Shown piece by piece: positions 9,173 to 19,162 of a DNA stretch of 32,000 nucleotides (position 1 is its first letter; each line of letters starts with the position of its first letter). Location: the NCBI GenBank assembly GCA_041662745.1, contig JBAZRV010000005.1, forward strand, positions 60,001 through 92,000, written 5' to 3'. The DNA comes from Patescibacteria group bacterium. Its GTDB lineage: Bacteria > Patescibacteriota > Patescibacteriia > 2-01-FULL-39-33. Position numbers and translations under genes: made by a program. The notes under the pieces are model-generated. The model ran no database searches. It saw only the letters and a list, made by a program, of their open reading frames with translations, and had not been told where the DNA came from.

Positions 9173-10891
9173 ATGCTTAACCAAAAAGATTTGGAAGAGA
9201 TTTTGCTCCAAAGCAAAATTTTAGAAACCAAACAAATCAAAGAATACTCCGACAAGGCCCGTCAGGCCAATAAAAAGCTGGAGGATTTTTTGGTTGACAA
9301 AAAAATCATCGCCCCCAATTTGCTGTACGAATCGGCGGCCAAATATTACGATCTGCCCTATATTGATCTCAAAAATCAAACTATCCGCAAGGATATCCTA
9401 TTCACCATCCCCGAAGTAACGGCCAGCGCCCACAAAACCATAGCTTTTGACAAAACCACCAAGGAACTCAAAGTCGCCACACTGGATATCTCCAATATTG
9501 AACTGTTTGATTTCTTAGCCAAAAAAACCGGCTTAGAGGTCCTGCTTCATTTGACTTCTCCGGATAATATCAAAGACGCGCTCAAACAATATCATAAAGG
9601 ATTGTCAGCCGACATCAAAACGATTGAAGAAGAAGAGAGCGAAGAAAAACCGGAAAACCTCAAATCCCTGGCTCAAGATCTGCCGGTGGTGCGCATCGTG
9701 GACACCCTGTTAGAGTACGCCATTCTGGAAAAGGCCTCGGACATCCATATTGAGCCCTCCGACCAGGACGTAGCCGTACGCTACCGTATTGACGGCATGT
9801 TGCGTAAAGTCATGACTCTGCCCAAAACCGCTCATGCCGGCATTATCGCCAGAATCAAAATCCTGTCTAACTTAAAATTAGACGAACACCGCCTGCCCCA
9901 AGACGGGCGCTTCAAAATAAAAAGCCAAGACTACCAGGTCTCTTTTCGCGTTTCCATCATCCCGACTTTTGACGGCGAGAAAGCGGTTTTGCGCCTTCTG
10001 CCCGATACGGCCCAACAAATGACTTTGGAACAACTGGGCTTTCAACCTCAGGCGCTGGACGTGGTTAAACGCAACATCGTCAAGCCGCACGGCATGATTC
10101 TGGTTACCGGTCCGACCGGCTCCGGCAAAACCACCACCCTGTACACCATGTTGCAAGTCCTTAACAAACCGGAAGTAAATATTTCCACGGTTGAAGATCC
10201 GATTGAATACAAAATGCCCGGCATCAACCAATGCCAAGTCCAACCGAAAATAGGCTTTACTTTTGCCGCGGCCCTGCGCTCCTTTTTGCGCCAAGATCCC
10301 AACATTATCCTGGTCGGAGAAATCCGCGACAATGAAACCGCCGACATTGCCATAAACGCCGCCATGACCGGCCACTTGGTCTTATCCACCTTGCACACTA
10401 ACGACGCGGCCACCTCCATCCCCCGTTTGACCGACATGAATGTGCCGACTTTCTTAATCTCCTCAACCCTTAACTTGATTATCGCCCAACGCTTGGTCAG
10501 GAAAATCTGCAAAAATTGCATTGAAAGTTATAATCTAGACAAAAAGGGCGTCATGGAATTGGAAAAAGAATTCAACCTAAGCGCGGTAGAAAAAAGCCTG
10601 TCAGAACTGGGCATGTTAGGCAAAAAACAAAAGCTTAAAGACACCTTGTTTTTTCGCGGCCGCGGCTGCCAGCAATGCGATAATTCCGGCTACAAAGGCC
10701 GCATCGGCATCTATGAAACATTGGAAATAAATGACAAGATATCGGCGATGATCTTAAGCAAGGCGACGCGCGACGAATTGCAGAAAGCCGCGATTGAAAA
10801 CGGCATGGTAACGATTATGTTGGACGGTTTCATCAAGGCTAAGACCGGTGTCACCTCCATTGAGGAAGTGTTAAGAGTAACGAAAGAATAA
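9173..10891 (+). CDS. pilB: Type IV pilus assembly ATPase PilB / GspE family
   Basis: Walker A GPTGSGKTTTLY; IEPSDQDVAVRYRIDG; ILVGEIRDNETADIAINAAMTGHLVLSTLHTNDA; zinc-binding CKNCI...CQQCDNSGYKGRIGIYE. Confidence 0.95.
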   Translation: MLNQKDLEEILLQSKILETKQIKEYSDKARQANKKLEDFLVDKKIIAPNLLYESAAKYYDLPYIDLKNQTIRKDILFTIPEVTASAHKTIAFDKTTKELKVATLDISNIELFDFLAKKTGLEVLLHLTSPDNIKDALKQYHKGLSADIKTIEEEESEEKPENLKSLAQDLPVVRIVDTLLEYAILEKASDIHIEPSDQDVAVRYRIDGMLRKVMTLPKTAHAGIIARIKILSNLKLDEHRLPQDGRFKIKSQDYQVSFRVSIIPTFDGEKAVLRLLPDTAQQMTLEQLGFQPQALDVVKRNIVKPHGMILVTGPTGSGKTTTLYTMLQVLNKPEVNISTVEDPIEYKMPGINQCQVQPKIGFTFAAALRSFLRQDPNIILVGEIRDNETADIAINAAMTGHLVLSTLHTNDAATSIPRLTDMNVPTFLISSTLNLIIAQRLVRKICKNCIESYNLDKKGVMELEKEFNLSAVEKSLSELGMLGKKQKLKDTLFFRGRGCQQCDNSGYKGRIGIYETLEINDKISAMILSKATRDELQKAAIENGMVTIMLDGFIKAKTGVTSIEEVLRVTKE

Positions 10892-10898
10892 AATAATT

Positions 10899-11966
10899 AT
10901 GGCGAATCTAAATCAAATGTTTATCAGCCTGCAACGCGTGCCGGAAACGGCAAAAATCTTCATGTTGCAAAACCTGTCTGTCATGATTAAGGCCGGACTG
11001 CCGTTGGCCGACGCCTTGAATATTCTCTCGGAACAAGGCAAGAGCGCCAAGTTAAAAATGGTCCTAGGCGAAATACAGCAACAAATTCGCGGCGGCAAAA
11101 GTTTCGCCGAGGCCCTCTTGCCCTATCAGCGCGATTTCGGCGAAATGTTCGTTAATATGATTGCCGCCGGCGAAGCCTCCGGCAACTTGGAGGGCGTCTT
11201 GAATAATCTTTATATCCAACTCAAAAAAGACCACACCATCAAAAGCAAGATCAAAAACGCCATGATCTACCCGATTATTATTGTCTGCGCCATGATTGCC
11301 TTAAGCATTTTCGTTATGATTTATGTCCTGCCCAACATTACCTCAATGTTCAAAGACCTGGAGGCGGGCTTGCCCCTGCCGACCAAAATACTTATAGCTG
11401 TCAGTAATTTTGTTACGACTAACGGCCTGATTTTGGGGCCGTTGATTGTTTTGCTTTTTATTCTTCTTTGGCGCCTTACCCGTTCCGGCCCGTTGCGTCT
11501 GCTGTGGCATCAATTAATACTAAAAACACCGATCATCGGCCCGATTTCCATTAAAATAAATGTTGCCAGGATGTCCGCGGCCCTGAGTTCCCTAATTCAA
11601 ACCGACATTCCCATTCCCGATAGCTTAAAAATCACCGCCAAAATAATGTCCAACGCGGTTTATAGGCAAGCATTAATGGAGGCGTCGGAAAAAATAAAAA
11701 AAGGCATTAAGCTGGCGGATGTTTTCAAACAATACCAAGTCTTTCCGGTTATTATCATTCAAATGGTGGCGGTCGGCGAAGAAACCGGCTCGTTGGATGC
11801 GGTCTTAAAAAATTTAGCGGAATTCTATCAGGAAGAAGTGGAACAAACCATGGAATCGCTGCCCACGATCATTGAACCGCTACTGATGATTTTAATGGGA
11901 TTCGGCGTGGGCGGTTTGGCCATCGCCATTATTCTGCCGATCTACTCCATGACTTCTCAATTCTAA
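10899..11966 (+). CDS. pilC: Type IV pilus inner-membrane platform protein PilC / GspF family
   Basis: MIKAGLPLADALNILSEQG, GKSFAEALLPYQRDFGEMFVNMIAAGEASGNLEGVL, multiple TMs. Confidence 0.95.
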   Translation: MANLNQMFISLQRVPETAKIFMLQNLSVMIKAGLPLADALNILSEQGKSAKLKMVLGEIQQQIRGGKSFAEALLPYQRDFGEMFVNMIAAGEASGNLEGVLNNLYIQLKKDHTIKSKIKNAMIYPIIIVCAMIALSIFVMIYVLPNITSMFKDLEAGLPLPTKILIAVSNFVTTNGLILGPLIVLLFILLWRLTRSGPLRLLWHQLILKTPIIGPISIKINVARMSAALSSLIQTDIPIPDSLKITAKIMSNAVYRQALMEASEKIKKGIKLADVFKQYQVFPVIIIQMVAVGEETGSLDAVLKNLAEFYQEEVEQTMESLPTIIEPLLMILMGFGVGGLAIAIILPIYSMTSQF

Positions 11967-12019
11967 ATGGTTCTCGCTTTATTAAGCATCGCCCGATCAA
12001 TGGTAAGACGAACTCGCGT

Positions 12020-12511
12020 ATGAGCAAATCAGAAAAGAAATTACATTTTGCCGGCCCCCCAACCGTCCGGTGCAACCTGGCCGGTTTTTCTTTATTGGAG
12101 TTAGTGGTGGTAATCGCCTTACTCGGCATTATCACCGGCGTCGGCCTGCCTTATTATCAAAGCTTCACCGTCAGCCTGCAATTGCAGGGTGCGGCGCGCG
12201 ATTTGACTTCCGATTTGCGTTACGCCCAACAACAGGCCGTCACCACCCAAAACAATTATCAAGTGGTTTTTGATATCAATCAAAATCTCTACACCGTAGA
12301 AAACGCCTCCAGCGGATTATTGATAAAATCCCGCGTCATTAAAAGTCCGATCAGCTTGGAATCAACCACCTTAGCCTCCTCAACCGCCGTCTTTAATGCC
12401 ACGGGCGCAGCCGTTTCTTCGGGCAATGTCATCCTATCCAATTCTAACGGCCGTCACGCCACTATAGATATAAAACCCTCCGGCTATGCCCAAATATCAT
12501 TCTCCTACTGA
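12020..12511 (+). CDS. Type IV prepilin-like (GspH/FimT-like) minor pilin
   Basis: Class III leader AGFSLLELVVVIALLGIITGVGLP; DLTSDLRYAQQQAVTTQNNYQVVF. Confidence 0.85.
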   Translation: MSKSEKKLHFAGPPTVRCNLAGFSLLELVVVIALLGIITGVGLPYYQSFTVSLQLQGAARDLTSDLRYAQQQAVTTQNNYQVVFDINQNLYTVENASSGLLIKSRVIKSPISLESTTLASSTAVFNATGAAVSSGNVILSNSNGRHATIDIKPSGYAQISFSY

Positions 12512-12917
12512 AGCAGGCATTTCCATCCTGGAAGCCATCTTGGCTATTGCCGTCCTGGCTATGGCTATTTTGGGCATTATTCAAATCTTCCCCTTGGCCC
12601 TAAAAATGTCGCGCATCGCCGAACAAACCACGGTGGCGGCCAACCTGGCCCAAGCTCAGGCTGAAACAATCCACTCCTTAAATTACAGTGAAATTAGCAC
12701 TGGCGCCATTGAGGCCAGGCATCGTTTGGCCAGTGATCCGGCCAATCCCTTTTACAAATACGAAAGGCAAACAGTGGTGGATTATGTTGATGGCGATCTG
12801 AACAATTCGGCCACGGATTTAGGATTAAAAAAAATTTCCATTACGGTTTATTGGCTGTCTTCTTATTTGAATAAAGAAATAACCTTCCCGTTAACCTTTT
12901 TAATCAGCGAAAAATAA
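12486..12917 (+). CDS. Prepilin-like protein (PilV-like minor pilin)
   Basis: EAGISILEAILAIAVLAMAILGIIQIFPLAL. Confidence 0.75.
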   Translation: MPKYHSPTEAGISILEAILAIAVLAMAILGIIQIFPLALKMSRIAEQTTVAANLAQAQAETIHSLNYSEISTGAIEARHRLASDPANPFYKYERQTVVDYVDGDLNNSATDLGLKKISITVYWLSSYLNKEITFPLTFLISEK

Positions 12918-13495
12918 TGCGACTGGGTCCAACCGACAATTCCGGCTTTACGATCGTAGAAATCGTGGTATCAATAACGATTGCCATAATAATTTTTTTG
13001 TTGATTACTTCCACCTACGTCATCAGCCAAAACGCCTACAGCCAAACCGACACCACGGCCGAATTAACCCAAAACGGCCGCGTTATGCTGGATCGCCTGG
13101 TACGGGAAATCCGCCAAGCCCAACGTTTGTCCAATGATTTGCCTATTGATACTTCGGATCCGGATAATCTGCCCAATGAAATAAAATTCTTAGACGGCCA
13201 TGATATCTCTTACAAGCATTACATCCGTTATTATCAGGCTGGCAACACGCTCAAACGCCAAGTAATCCTTTATTACTTTCCGGCCTCCACCACTTATTAC
13301 GTTTTGGAAACTGACACTGACGTGGATGAACCGCACAACCCTCCCCTGGCAACCACTACGGAAGATAAGATTGTCGGAGAATTTGTTGATGATATTGAAT
13401 TTTGGGGCGATAAACTGATAAACATCAATCTTTATTTATCCAAAGACAATGCCAGTCAGGTGATATACACGGCGGTATTCGGCCGAAACTTATGA
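12917..13495 (+). CDS. Prepilin-like protein (PilW/GspJ-like)
   Basis: SGFTIVEIVVSITIAIIIFLLITSTYVI; NGRVMLDRLVREIRQAQRLS. Confidence 0.8.
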   Translation: MRLGPTDNSGFTIVEIVVSITIAIIIFLLITSTYVISQNAYSQTDTTAELTQNGRVMLDRLVREIRQAQRLSNDLPIDTSDPDNLPNEIKFLDGHDISYKHYIRYYQAGNTLKRQVILYYFPASTTYYVLETDTDVDEPHNPPLATTTEDKIVGEFVDDIEFWGDKLININLYLSKDNASQVIYTAVFGRNL

Positions 13496-14760
13496 AAAAA
13501 TTTTTCAATTTTAAACTAACCGATTGCTGGAAAATTTTTAACCCTTCTCAGGGGTTTGTTTTGGTAACCTCGATTTTCGTCATGTTGCTATTGCTGTCCT
13601 TAGGATTATTCGTCGCTTCCTTTGTCTTGACCGAATTGCATATCGCCAATAGCCAAGCGGCCTCGGTTCAAAACTATTATTTGGCGGAAAGCGGCGTAGC
13701 CGAAGCGGTCTGGCGCGTCAAAAACGACGCCGCCTGGAAAACCCAATTTGAAAGCGAAGACGACTGGAACATAATATATACCCGATCGGCGGCTCTGTAT
13801 GACAATGGCAGCTACACCATCAACATTAAAAACAGCCTGCGCGGCCGAGGAGAAGTTAATGTTACCAGCACCCTCGCTTTAAGCGGCGGTTCCTCCCGGC
13901 GCGTCATTAAAACCCTGATTTACAAAGCTTTGGGAGAAAGCTTGGTCGGCAATAACGGCGAATACGCCGACGGCAACATTGATATGTCCGGATCCAACCT
14001 GGCAATCGTTAATGGCGGATTTTTCTCCAACCTGAACGTTATCATTAACTTCTGGAGCACTATTGATGCCGATAAACAAGTCCAAGCCGTGGGCAATATA
14101 AATATCGGCAGTAAATCAGCTCTTAATGCCACAGAAATCCATTCCCATAACATCAATCCGCCGGCACCGGACCCCCTGGCCATGCCGGCAGTCTCATTTG
14201 ATAATCCCGGCGATCCCGACTCCTACAAAGCCAAGGCCGATCATATCTATACGACCAGCCAATTTGACAGCCTGCTCTGGGATAACCGAGGCGGCACCTT
14301 AACCTTAGATGGCATCACTTATGTTACCGGCGATGTCTCCATCCGAGGCAATAATAACTTAATCATTAACGGCGTCTTGGCCGCCGATGGCGACATTGAG
14401 CTGGGCGCCAACACCCTACTATGCTGTTGGGGGCTTAACTGCGGCCGCAGCCACATTACCATTAATCGCGTCGGCTCCACCACCCCGGCCGGAATATTAA
14501 GCAAACAGGATGTCAGTTTTGAACTTTGTTTGGACAGTTTCTCCGGCACCGGCCTGGTTTATGCCAATGACAAAATAAACATCTTAAGCCTGCCTAACAG
14601 CATTGGTTTGACCGGCGGTTTAATCTCGCGCAAAATCACTCTGACCAGCATCTGGCAACCCATGATCATTACTTATGACAATAGCGTTGTCAATTATACT
14701 TTGGGCGACCCGCAATTCTCGCCGATTGTAACCGTTGAGCACTGGGAGGAAGAATACTGA
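13492..14760 (+). CDS. PilX-like pilus-associated protein with repetitive polymer-like C-terminus
   Basis: GFVLVTSIFVMLLLLSLGLFVASFVLTELHIA...NYYLAESGVAEAVW; later repetitive beta-like segments (GDVSIRGNNNLIINGVLAADGDIELG). Confidence 0.75.
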   Translation: MKKFFNFKLTDCWKIFNPSQGFVLVTSIFVMLLLLSLGLFVASFVLTELHIANSQAASVQNYYLAESGVAEAVWRVKNDAAWKTQFESEDDWNIIYTRSAALYDNGSYTINIKNSLRGRGEVNVTSTLALSGGSSRRVIKTLIYKALGESLVGNNGEYADGNIDMSGSNLAIVNGGFFSNLNVIINFWSTIDADKQVQAVGNINIGSKSALNATEIHSHNINPPAPDPLAMPAVSFDNPGDPDSYKAKADHIYTTSQFDSLLWDNRGGTLTLDGITYVTGDVSIRGNNNLIINGVLAADGDIELGANTLLCCWGLNCGRSHITINRVGSTTPAGILSKQDVSFELCLDSFSGTGLVYANDKINILSLPNSIGLTGGLISRKITLTSIWQPMIITYDNSVVNYTLGDPQFSPIVTVEHWEEEY

Positions 14761-14812
14761 TGAACCGGACAATCAAAGTTAATAAAATCTAAAAAATTAT
14801 AAACAATAAAAA

Positions 14813-14841
14813 TTGAGACCTTAAACAAAAAATGCTATAAT
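14813..14841 (+). promoter_or_regulatory. Promoter for the pilMNO block
   Basis: TTGAGA - 17 nt - TATAAT upstream of 14900. Confidence 0.7.
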
Positions 14842-14899
14842 ATAATCATTAAGCCAAACTTTTAACTTATAAATTATCGCCTTTGCCGGTTTTAACACT

Positions 14900-15976
14900 A
14901 TGTCCTTTTTTTCCACCGACGAATTGGCTTTCGGTCTGGATATCTCCGATCATTTCTTGCGGCTGATCCAGCTTAAGCGCTTCGGTAAAAAAATAAAAAT
15001 CCAATTATTCAACGAGGTGAAGTTGCCGCCGCAAACCGTGGTCAGCGGCAAAGTTGTCAATAGCCAATATTTTGTCCAAGCGCTGAAACAGCTCACCGGC
15101 ACCAAACGCGGACTGGGCGGATTAAGCAATGAAGCTGTCGTGGCCCTGCCTCAAGCCGGCACCTTTCTCAAAACCTTAGAAATTGCCGCCAACAATGAGG
15201 AGGAACTCCTGCCCAAAATTGAGGAACTGTTGCCGCAAAGCCTGCCTCTGGCCCTGGAAGAGATCTACTACGATTGGCAAACCATTAAAAGCCAGGAGGG
15301 CGTTTACACCATTCTGGTCGGAGCCGCTCCGCGGGCATTGGTTGATTCATATTCTTCCGCCCTAAACAGCTTAGGCATCCTGCCGGTGGTATTTGAAATT
15401 GAAGCTATTGCCATCGCCCGATTGCTGGTTGAACGCGCCGGCGACACTCGGCCGCAGATTATTGCCGATTTGGGAGCTAACCGCAGCAGCCTGATCCTCT
15501 GCGAGGGATCTGACGTCAAATTCAACGTAACCCTGGCTTTGTCCGGCAAGCAGATTGACCAATATATCGCCGAATCGTTGGAATTGGATTTGGGTAAAGC
15601 CGAGCAAGCCAAGATTATCTGCGGCTTAAGCCAGGATAAGTGCCATGGCGCCGTTCTGGAACTGCTCGTACCGCTAATTGACGAGCTGGCGACGCAAATC
15701 CTCCATGCTGTTGATTTCTACCAAAATAATTTTTCCTCTCCGGGTTTAATTGAACAAATCCAGCTTTGCGGCGGTTTATCCGGACTGACGGGCTTAAGCC
15801 GAGAAATTAAAAATCGCCTTAATACGCCGGTTGTCAGCGCCGAACCGTTCAAAAATATCGTTAATCCCGATCCTCACTATTTCACGGCTGAAAAATCGCA
15901 ATCTTTCGTTCCCGCCATCGGCCTGGCCCTGAGAGGCTTGTCGCCCAAAACTTTTTATGATCACAATCAGGCTTAA
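14900..15976 (+). CDS. pilM: PilM-like actin-fold type IV pilus assembly protein
   Basis: FGLDISDHFLRLIQLKRFGKKIKIQLFNEVKLP; PQIIADLGANRSSLILCEGSDVKFNVTLALSGKQID. Confidence 0.9.
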   Translation: MSFFSTDELAFGLDISDHFLRLIQLKRFGKKIKIQLFNEVKLPPQTVVSGKVVNSQYFVQALKQLTGTKRGLGGLSNEAVVALPQAGTFLKTLEIAANNEEELLPKIEELLPQSLPLALEEIYYDWQTIKSQEGVYTILVGAAPRALVDSYSSALNSLGILPVVFEIEAIAIARLLVERAGDTRPQIIADLGANRSSLILCEGSDVKFNVTLALSGKQIDQYIAESLELDLGKAEQAKIICGLSQDKCHGAVLELLVPLIDELATQILHAVDFYQNNFSSPGLIEQIQLCGGLSGLTGLSREIKNRLNTPVVSAEPFKNIVNPDPHYFTAEKSQSFVPAIGLALRGLSPKTFYDHNQA

Positions 15977-16526
15977 CTTGGTTCCGCCCAAGCAAAAAAA
16001 TCAATTAAAAAACAATCGCCTTTACCAAGCCGTCCAAGAGTCGCTGACCTTATTGTTTTTATTCGCCGCCATTATCAGTATTCTGCTTTTGATTTCCCGT
16101 TATTTCTTGGAACAGCAATTAAGCGAAATGATCACCCAAAATGCCGCCAATATTTATTCCAATCAGCTGGTCGCCAAAAAGATAAACGTCTTAAACCAAG
16201 AGATCAACGCCTCTTTGGGCATACAAAAAAATTACCAACCGGTAACTCCGATTATCTCCGCCATCTCCTACACCCTGCCGGCCAATGTCGCTATCAGCAG
16301 TTTGCGTTTTTTCCGCCAAGAAAGCCGAATAGAATTTTCCGGCAGTACCAAAACCCGAGATGACCTGATGAAATTTAAAAATTATTTGGATAAGGCCGAT
16401 TGGCTCAGCGACGCCGAAATCCCCTTGTCCGCTTTAGTGCCCAAAGAAAACAATGCTTTCAGCATCAAAGCCAATATCAACTATCAGGCGCTAACGCCCA
16501 CCAATGTATGTCCCGAATCAAAATAG
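15957..16526 (+). CDS. pilN: PilN-like protein
   Basis: INLVPPKQK-like start (IRLNLVPPKQKNQLKNNR), one TM, position directly after pilM. Confidence 0.75.
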   Translation: MITIRLNLVPPKQKNQLKNNRLYQAVQESLTLLFLFAAIISILLLISRYFLEQQLSEMITQNAANIYSNQLVAKKINVLNQEINASLGIQKNYQPVTPIISAISYTLPANVAISSLRFFRQESRIEFSGSTKTRDDLMKFKNYLDKADWLSDAEIPLSALVPKENNAFSIKANINYQALTPTNVCPESK

Positions 16527-17059
16527 ACAAAAAAATAATTTGGGCGCTTATCCTATTCTTGGCTTGGACAGCTTTGATTATTGTTATTATTTATCCTACG
16601 GCCAACAAAATTATCGCTATCCGCCAAGAGATACTCAAAGAACGCCAGGATTTGGAGAAAAAACTGGCCATGGGTCTTAATGCCAATAAAATCAAGGAAG
16701 AGGCCGATGCCGTGGAGAAAATAATGCCGGGACTGCGCCAAGTTTATATCAAGCCGGGGCAAGAGCTGGAATTTCTTAATTACCTTGACGGTTTAGCCGC
16801 CAAAAATAACCTGGCTATAGACATCAAGCCCGATTTCACCGGTAAAGCCCTTTCCCCGGAAATCACTCGTTTGCCGATTGAACTGATTTTATCAGGAAAA
16901 TTTGAAAATGTTTTGACAACCCTAAACGAATTGGAACGCCGAGACACTTATTTTATAATTGACGTTTTAAGCTTAACGGCGCAAAACGACGGTTTAGTGG
17001 CCGCCGCTGTCAGCGGTAACATTTATCGGCAAGAAAATAAAATCGCCGCCACCAAATAA
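16508..17059 (+). CDS. pilO: PilO-like protein
   Basis: ORF track 16400-17059; preferred start ATG 16508 (MSRIKIDKKIIWALILFLAWTALIIVIIYPT). Coiled coil, then LSPEITRLPIELILSGKFENVLTTLNELERRDTYFIIDVLSL. Confidence 0.75.
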   Translation: MSRIKIDKKIIWALILFLAWTALIIVIIYPTANKIIAIRQEILKERQDLEKKLAMGLNANKIKEEADAVEKIMPGLRQVYIKPGQELEFLNYLDGLAAKNNLAIDIKPDFTGKALSPEITRLPIELILSGKFENVLTTLNELERRDTYFIIDVLSLTAQNDGLVAAAVSGNIYRQENKIAATK

Positions 17060-17060
17060 T

Positions 17061-17555
17061 ATGGGCTTAATGGAAAAAATAAAAAATATAACCCAAGTAA
17101 AGACTGAAATGGAAGAGACGGAACTGTCAGGTCCAAACAAGGCCAAAACCAACAAGATTAAGCTGGATTGGTTCTGGCTGGCCAGATTAATGTACCCCCT
17201 GACCATAATCGTTATCGTTGTCATTTTGTTTATCGTCATGTCCTTCCTGTATCAACAGGTCTATCAGACAGCGACTCAGATGGATTTGTTGGCCGGGTTA
17301 AAAAGCAAGGTTATAGAAGTCCAAATCAATGGCAATTCCTTAAACCAGATCAAGGAACTGTTATGCCGGAAAACCTCCACGCCGGCCATCTGGCCCTTCA
17401 AAAATCCTTTTGTTTTTTCGCCAAACGATCCGCCCTTGCGGCCGTCAAATGATTTTCAACCCTTAAATATCATTAATAATTTGCTTAGCACCAGCACCGC
17501 CTCTTCCACTGCTCTTTCTTCCACCACCAAAGCTACCAGTACCATTAAAAATTAA
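17061..17555 (+). CDS. Single-TM protein of pilus operon, unknown function
   Basis: LMYPLTIIVIVVILFIVMSFLY; Pro-rich, then Ser/Thr-rich tail; gene follows pilO by 1 nt. Confidence 0.6.
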   Translation: MGLMEKIKNITQVKTEMEETELSGPNKAKTNKIKLDWFWLARLMYPLTIIVIVVILFIVMSFLYQQVYQTATQMDLLAGLKSKVIEVQINGNSLNQIKELLCRKTSTPAIWPFKNPFVFSPNDPPLRPSNDFQPLNIINNLLSTSTASSTALSSTTKATSTIKN

Positions 17556-17597
17556 AAATCAAACAGATTATCAGCCGGGGGACATATTAATCGCACA

Positions 17598-17624
17598 AAA
17601 AGACGCCGATTTTCGGCGTCTTTT
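17598..17624. terminator. Bidirectional Rho-independent terminator between convergent pil and iscS genes
   Basis: AAAAGACGCCGA-TTT-TCGGCGTCTTTT, perfect 12-bp stem. Confidence 0.9.
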
Positions 17625-17664
17625 ATTATCTTATTTATATTCTATTTTTCTAAACTATTCTAAG

Positions 17665-18873
17665 CTATTTCAGAGGCGACATGGCGCGGAGCTTCGCGAT
17701 AATCGGCGGCAGTTCCTTAAGCAAGGCATCAACATCGGCTTTCTTAGAATAACGGCCTAAAGTAACGCGTAGCGACCCGTGAGCGACTTCCGGCGGCAAG
17801 CCAATGGCCAGAAGCACATGGCTGGGTTCCAGTGATCCGGACGAACAGGCCGAACCCGTAGAAACGCAAATACCCTTTTGCGACAGCATCAATAAAACGC
17901 TCTCCCCCTCCACCCCCTCAATCACAAAGCTGGCATTATTGGGCAAACGCCTAATTAGGTCTCCGGTAACTCGGCAGTTCTTGATCTTTTTCGGCAAATT
18001 CTTCAGCAAATAATCCCTTAACTTTTTTATTTCCTTAATTTCCTTAACTCTAATTTTCTTGTCAGCAATCAACTCTACGGCTTTGCCCAGGCCGACAATG
18101 CCCGGAACATTGTAAGTGCCGGAACGGACCTGCCCTTGCTGGCCGCCGCCGTAAAATAACGGTTTCAAAGGCGTGCCTTTTCTGACAAACAAAGCACCCA
18201 CGCCCTTGGGTCCGTAAATCTTATGCGCCGATAGCGACAACAGATCAACTTGCAGCTTAGCCGTATCGCAAGCCAAATAAGCCGGAGCTTGCGTGGCGTC
18301 AGTATGGAAATAAATCTTTTGCCGGCGATTCTTGTTCAACTCGCCGATTATCTTACCTATCTCCTCTATGGGCTGGATAGCGCCGATCTCATTGTTGGCC
18401 AGCATAATGGAAACAAAAATCGTGTTATCCTTAATGGCTTTCTTCAATGCCGACGGATCAACTATACCCTTTTCGCCGACCGACAAGAAAGTCACTGCCA
18501 CGCCGGACTTTTCCAAATGTTTGGCCGGCTCCAAAATAGCGTCATGTTCAATGGCCGAGATGATTATATGGGGCTTTTGGCCTGACTTTTCAATAAACCC
18601 TTGCGATAAAACACCCTTAATCACGCCCAGGACAGCCAAATTATCGCTCTCGGTGGCGCCGGAAGTAAAATAAACCTCATCAGTCCGGCAATTCAAAAAC
18701 TTAGCCACCGCGACCCTGGCTTGATCAACCGCTTTGGCGGCAGAAATACCGGCCTGGTGCAGAGAACTGGCATTGCCGAAATTATCCTTAAGGCACGGCT
18801 CCATGGTTTTCACCACTCGCGGATCAACCGGCGCAGTCGCGGCATAATCAAGATAAATTAATTTTTTAGGCAT
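17665..18873 (-). CDS. iscS: Cysteine desulfurase (NifS/IscS family)
   Basis: IYLDYAATAPVDPRVVKTM; SGATESDNLAVLG; SLSAHKIYGPKGVGALFVRKG; STGSACSSGSLEPSHVL. Confidence 0.95.
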   Translation of the reverse strand: MPKKLIYLDYAATAPVDPRVVKTMEPCLKDNFGNASSLHQAGISAAKAVDQARVAVAKFLNCRTDEVYFTSGATESDNLAVLGVIKGVLSQGFIEKSGQKPHIIISAIEHDAILEPAKHLEKSGVAVTFLSVGEKGIVDPSALKKAIKDNTIFVSIMLANNEIGAIQPIEEIGKIIGELNKNRRQKIYFHTDATQAPAYLACDTAKLQVDLLSLSAHKIYGPKGVGALFVRKGTPLKPLFYGGGQQGQVRSGTYNVPGIVGLGKAVELIADKKIRVKEIKEIKKLRDYLLKNLPKKIKNCRVTGDLIRRLPNNASFVIEGVEGESVLLMLSQKGICVSTGSACSSGSLEPSHVLLAIGLPPEVAHGSLRVTLGRYSKKADVDALLKELPPIIAKLRAMSPLK

Positions 18874-18920
18874 ATGATTGCAGTTTATGGCGCCTAGCCA
18901 ATGATTGACGATTAAATAAA

Positions 18921-19148
18921 TTAAACGTTTTCAATTTCCTTGACTTCGGGGACGCGTTCCATCACTACTTTGCCGATGCCTTCTTTTAGGGTGATGGCTG
19001 ACATGGGGCAGCCATGGCAAGCGCCTTGCAGGCGCACCGTTAACTTTCCCGACTTTTCATCAAAAGAAATGAATTCCACATCGCCACTGTCCATTTGCAG
19101 ATGCGGTCTGAGTTCGTCCAGCACCGCTTTGATTTTTTGCTCTAACAT
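18921..19148 (-). CDS. NifU C-terminal (Nfu) domain protein
   Basis: RPHLQMDSGDVEFISFDEKSGKLTVRLQGACHGCPMSAITLKEGI; CxxC motif. Confidence 0.92.
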   Translation of the reverse strand: MLEQKIKAVLDELRPHLQMDSGDVEFISFDEKSGKLTVRLQGACHGCPMSAITLKEGIGKVVMERVPEVKEIENV

Positions 19149-19162
19149 ATTTTGCTTTGTTA

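Noticed and set aside
9878-10521. Minus-strand ORFs antisense to pilB (165 and 157 aa)
   Set aside because: Mirror-frame artefacts of a highly conserved plus-strand coding gene.
16400-16507. N-terminal extension of the pilO ORF (MAQRRRNPLV...)
   Set aside because: It overlaps the end of pilN in another frame and the PilO-like N-terminus begins naturally at MSRIKIDKK (16508).
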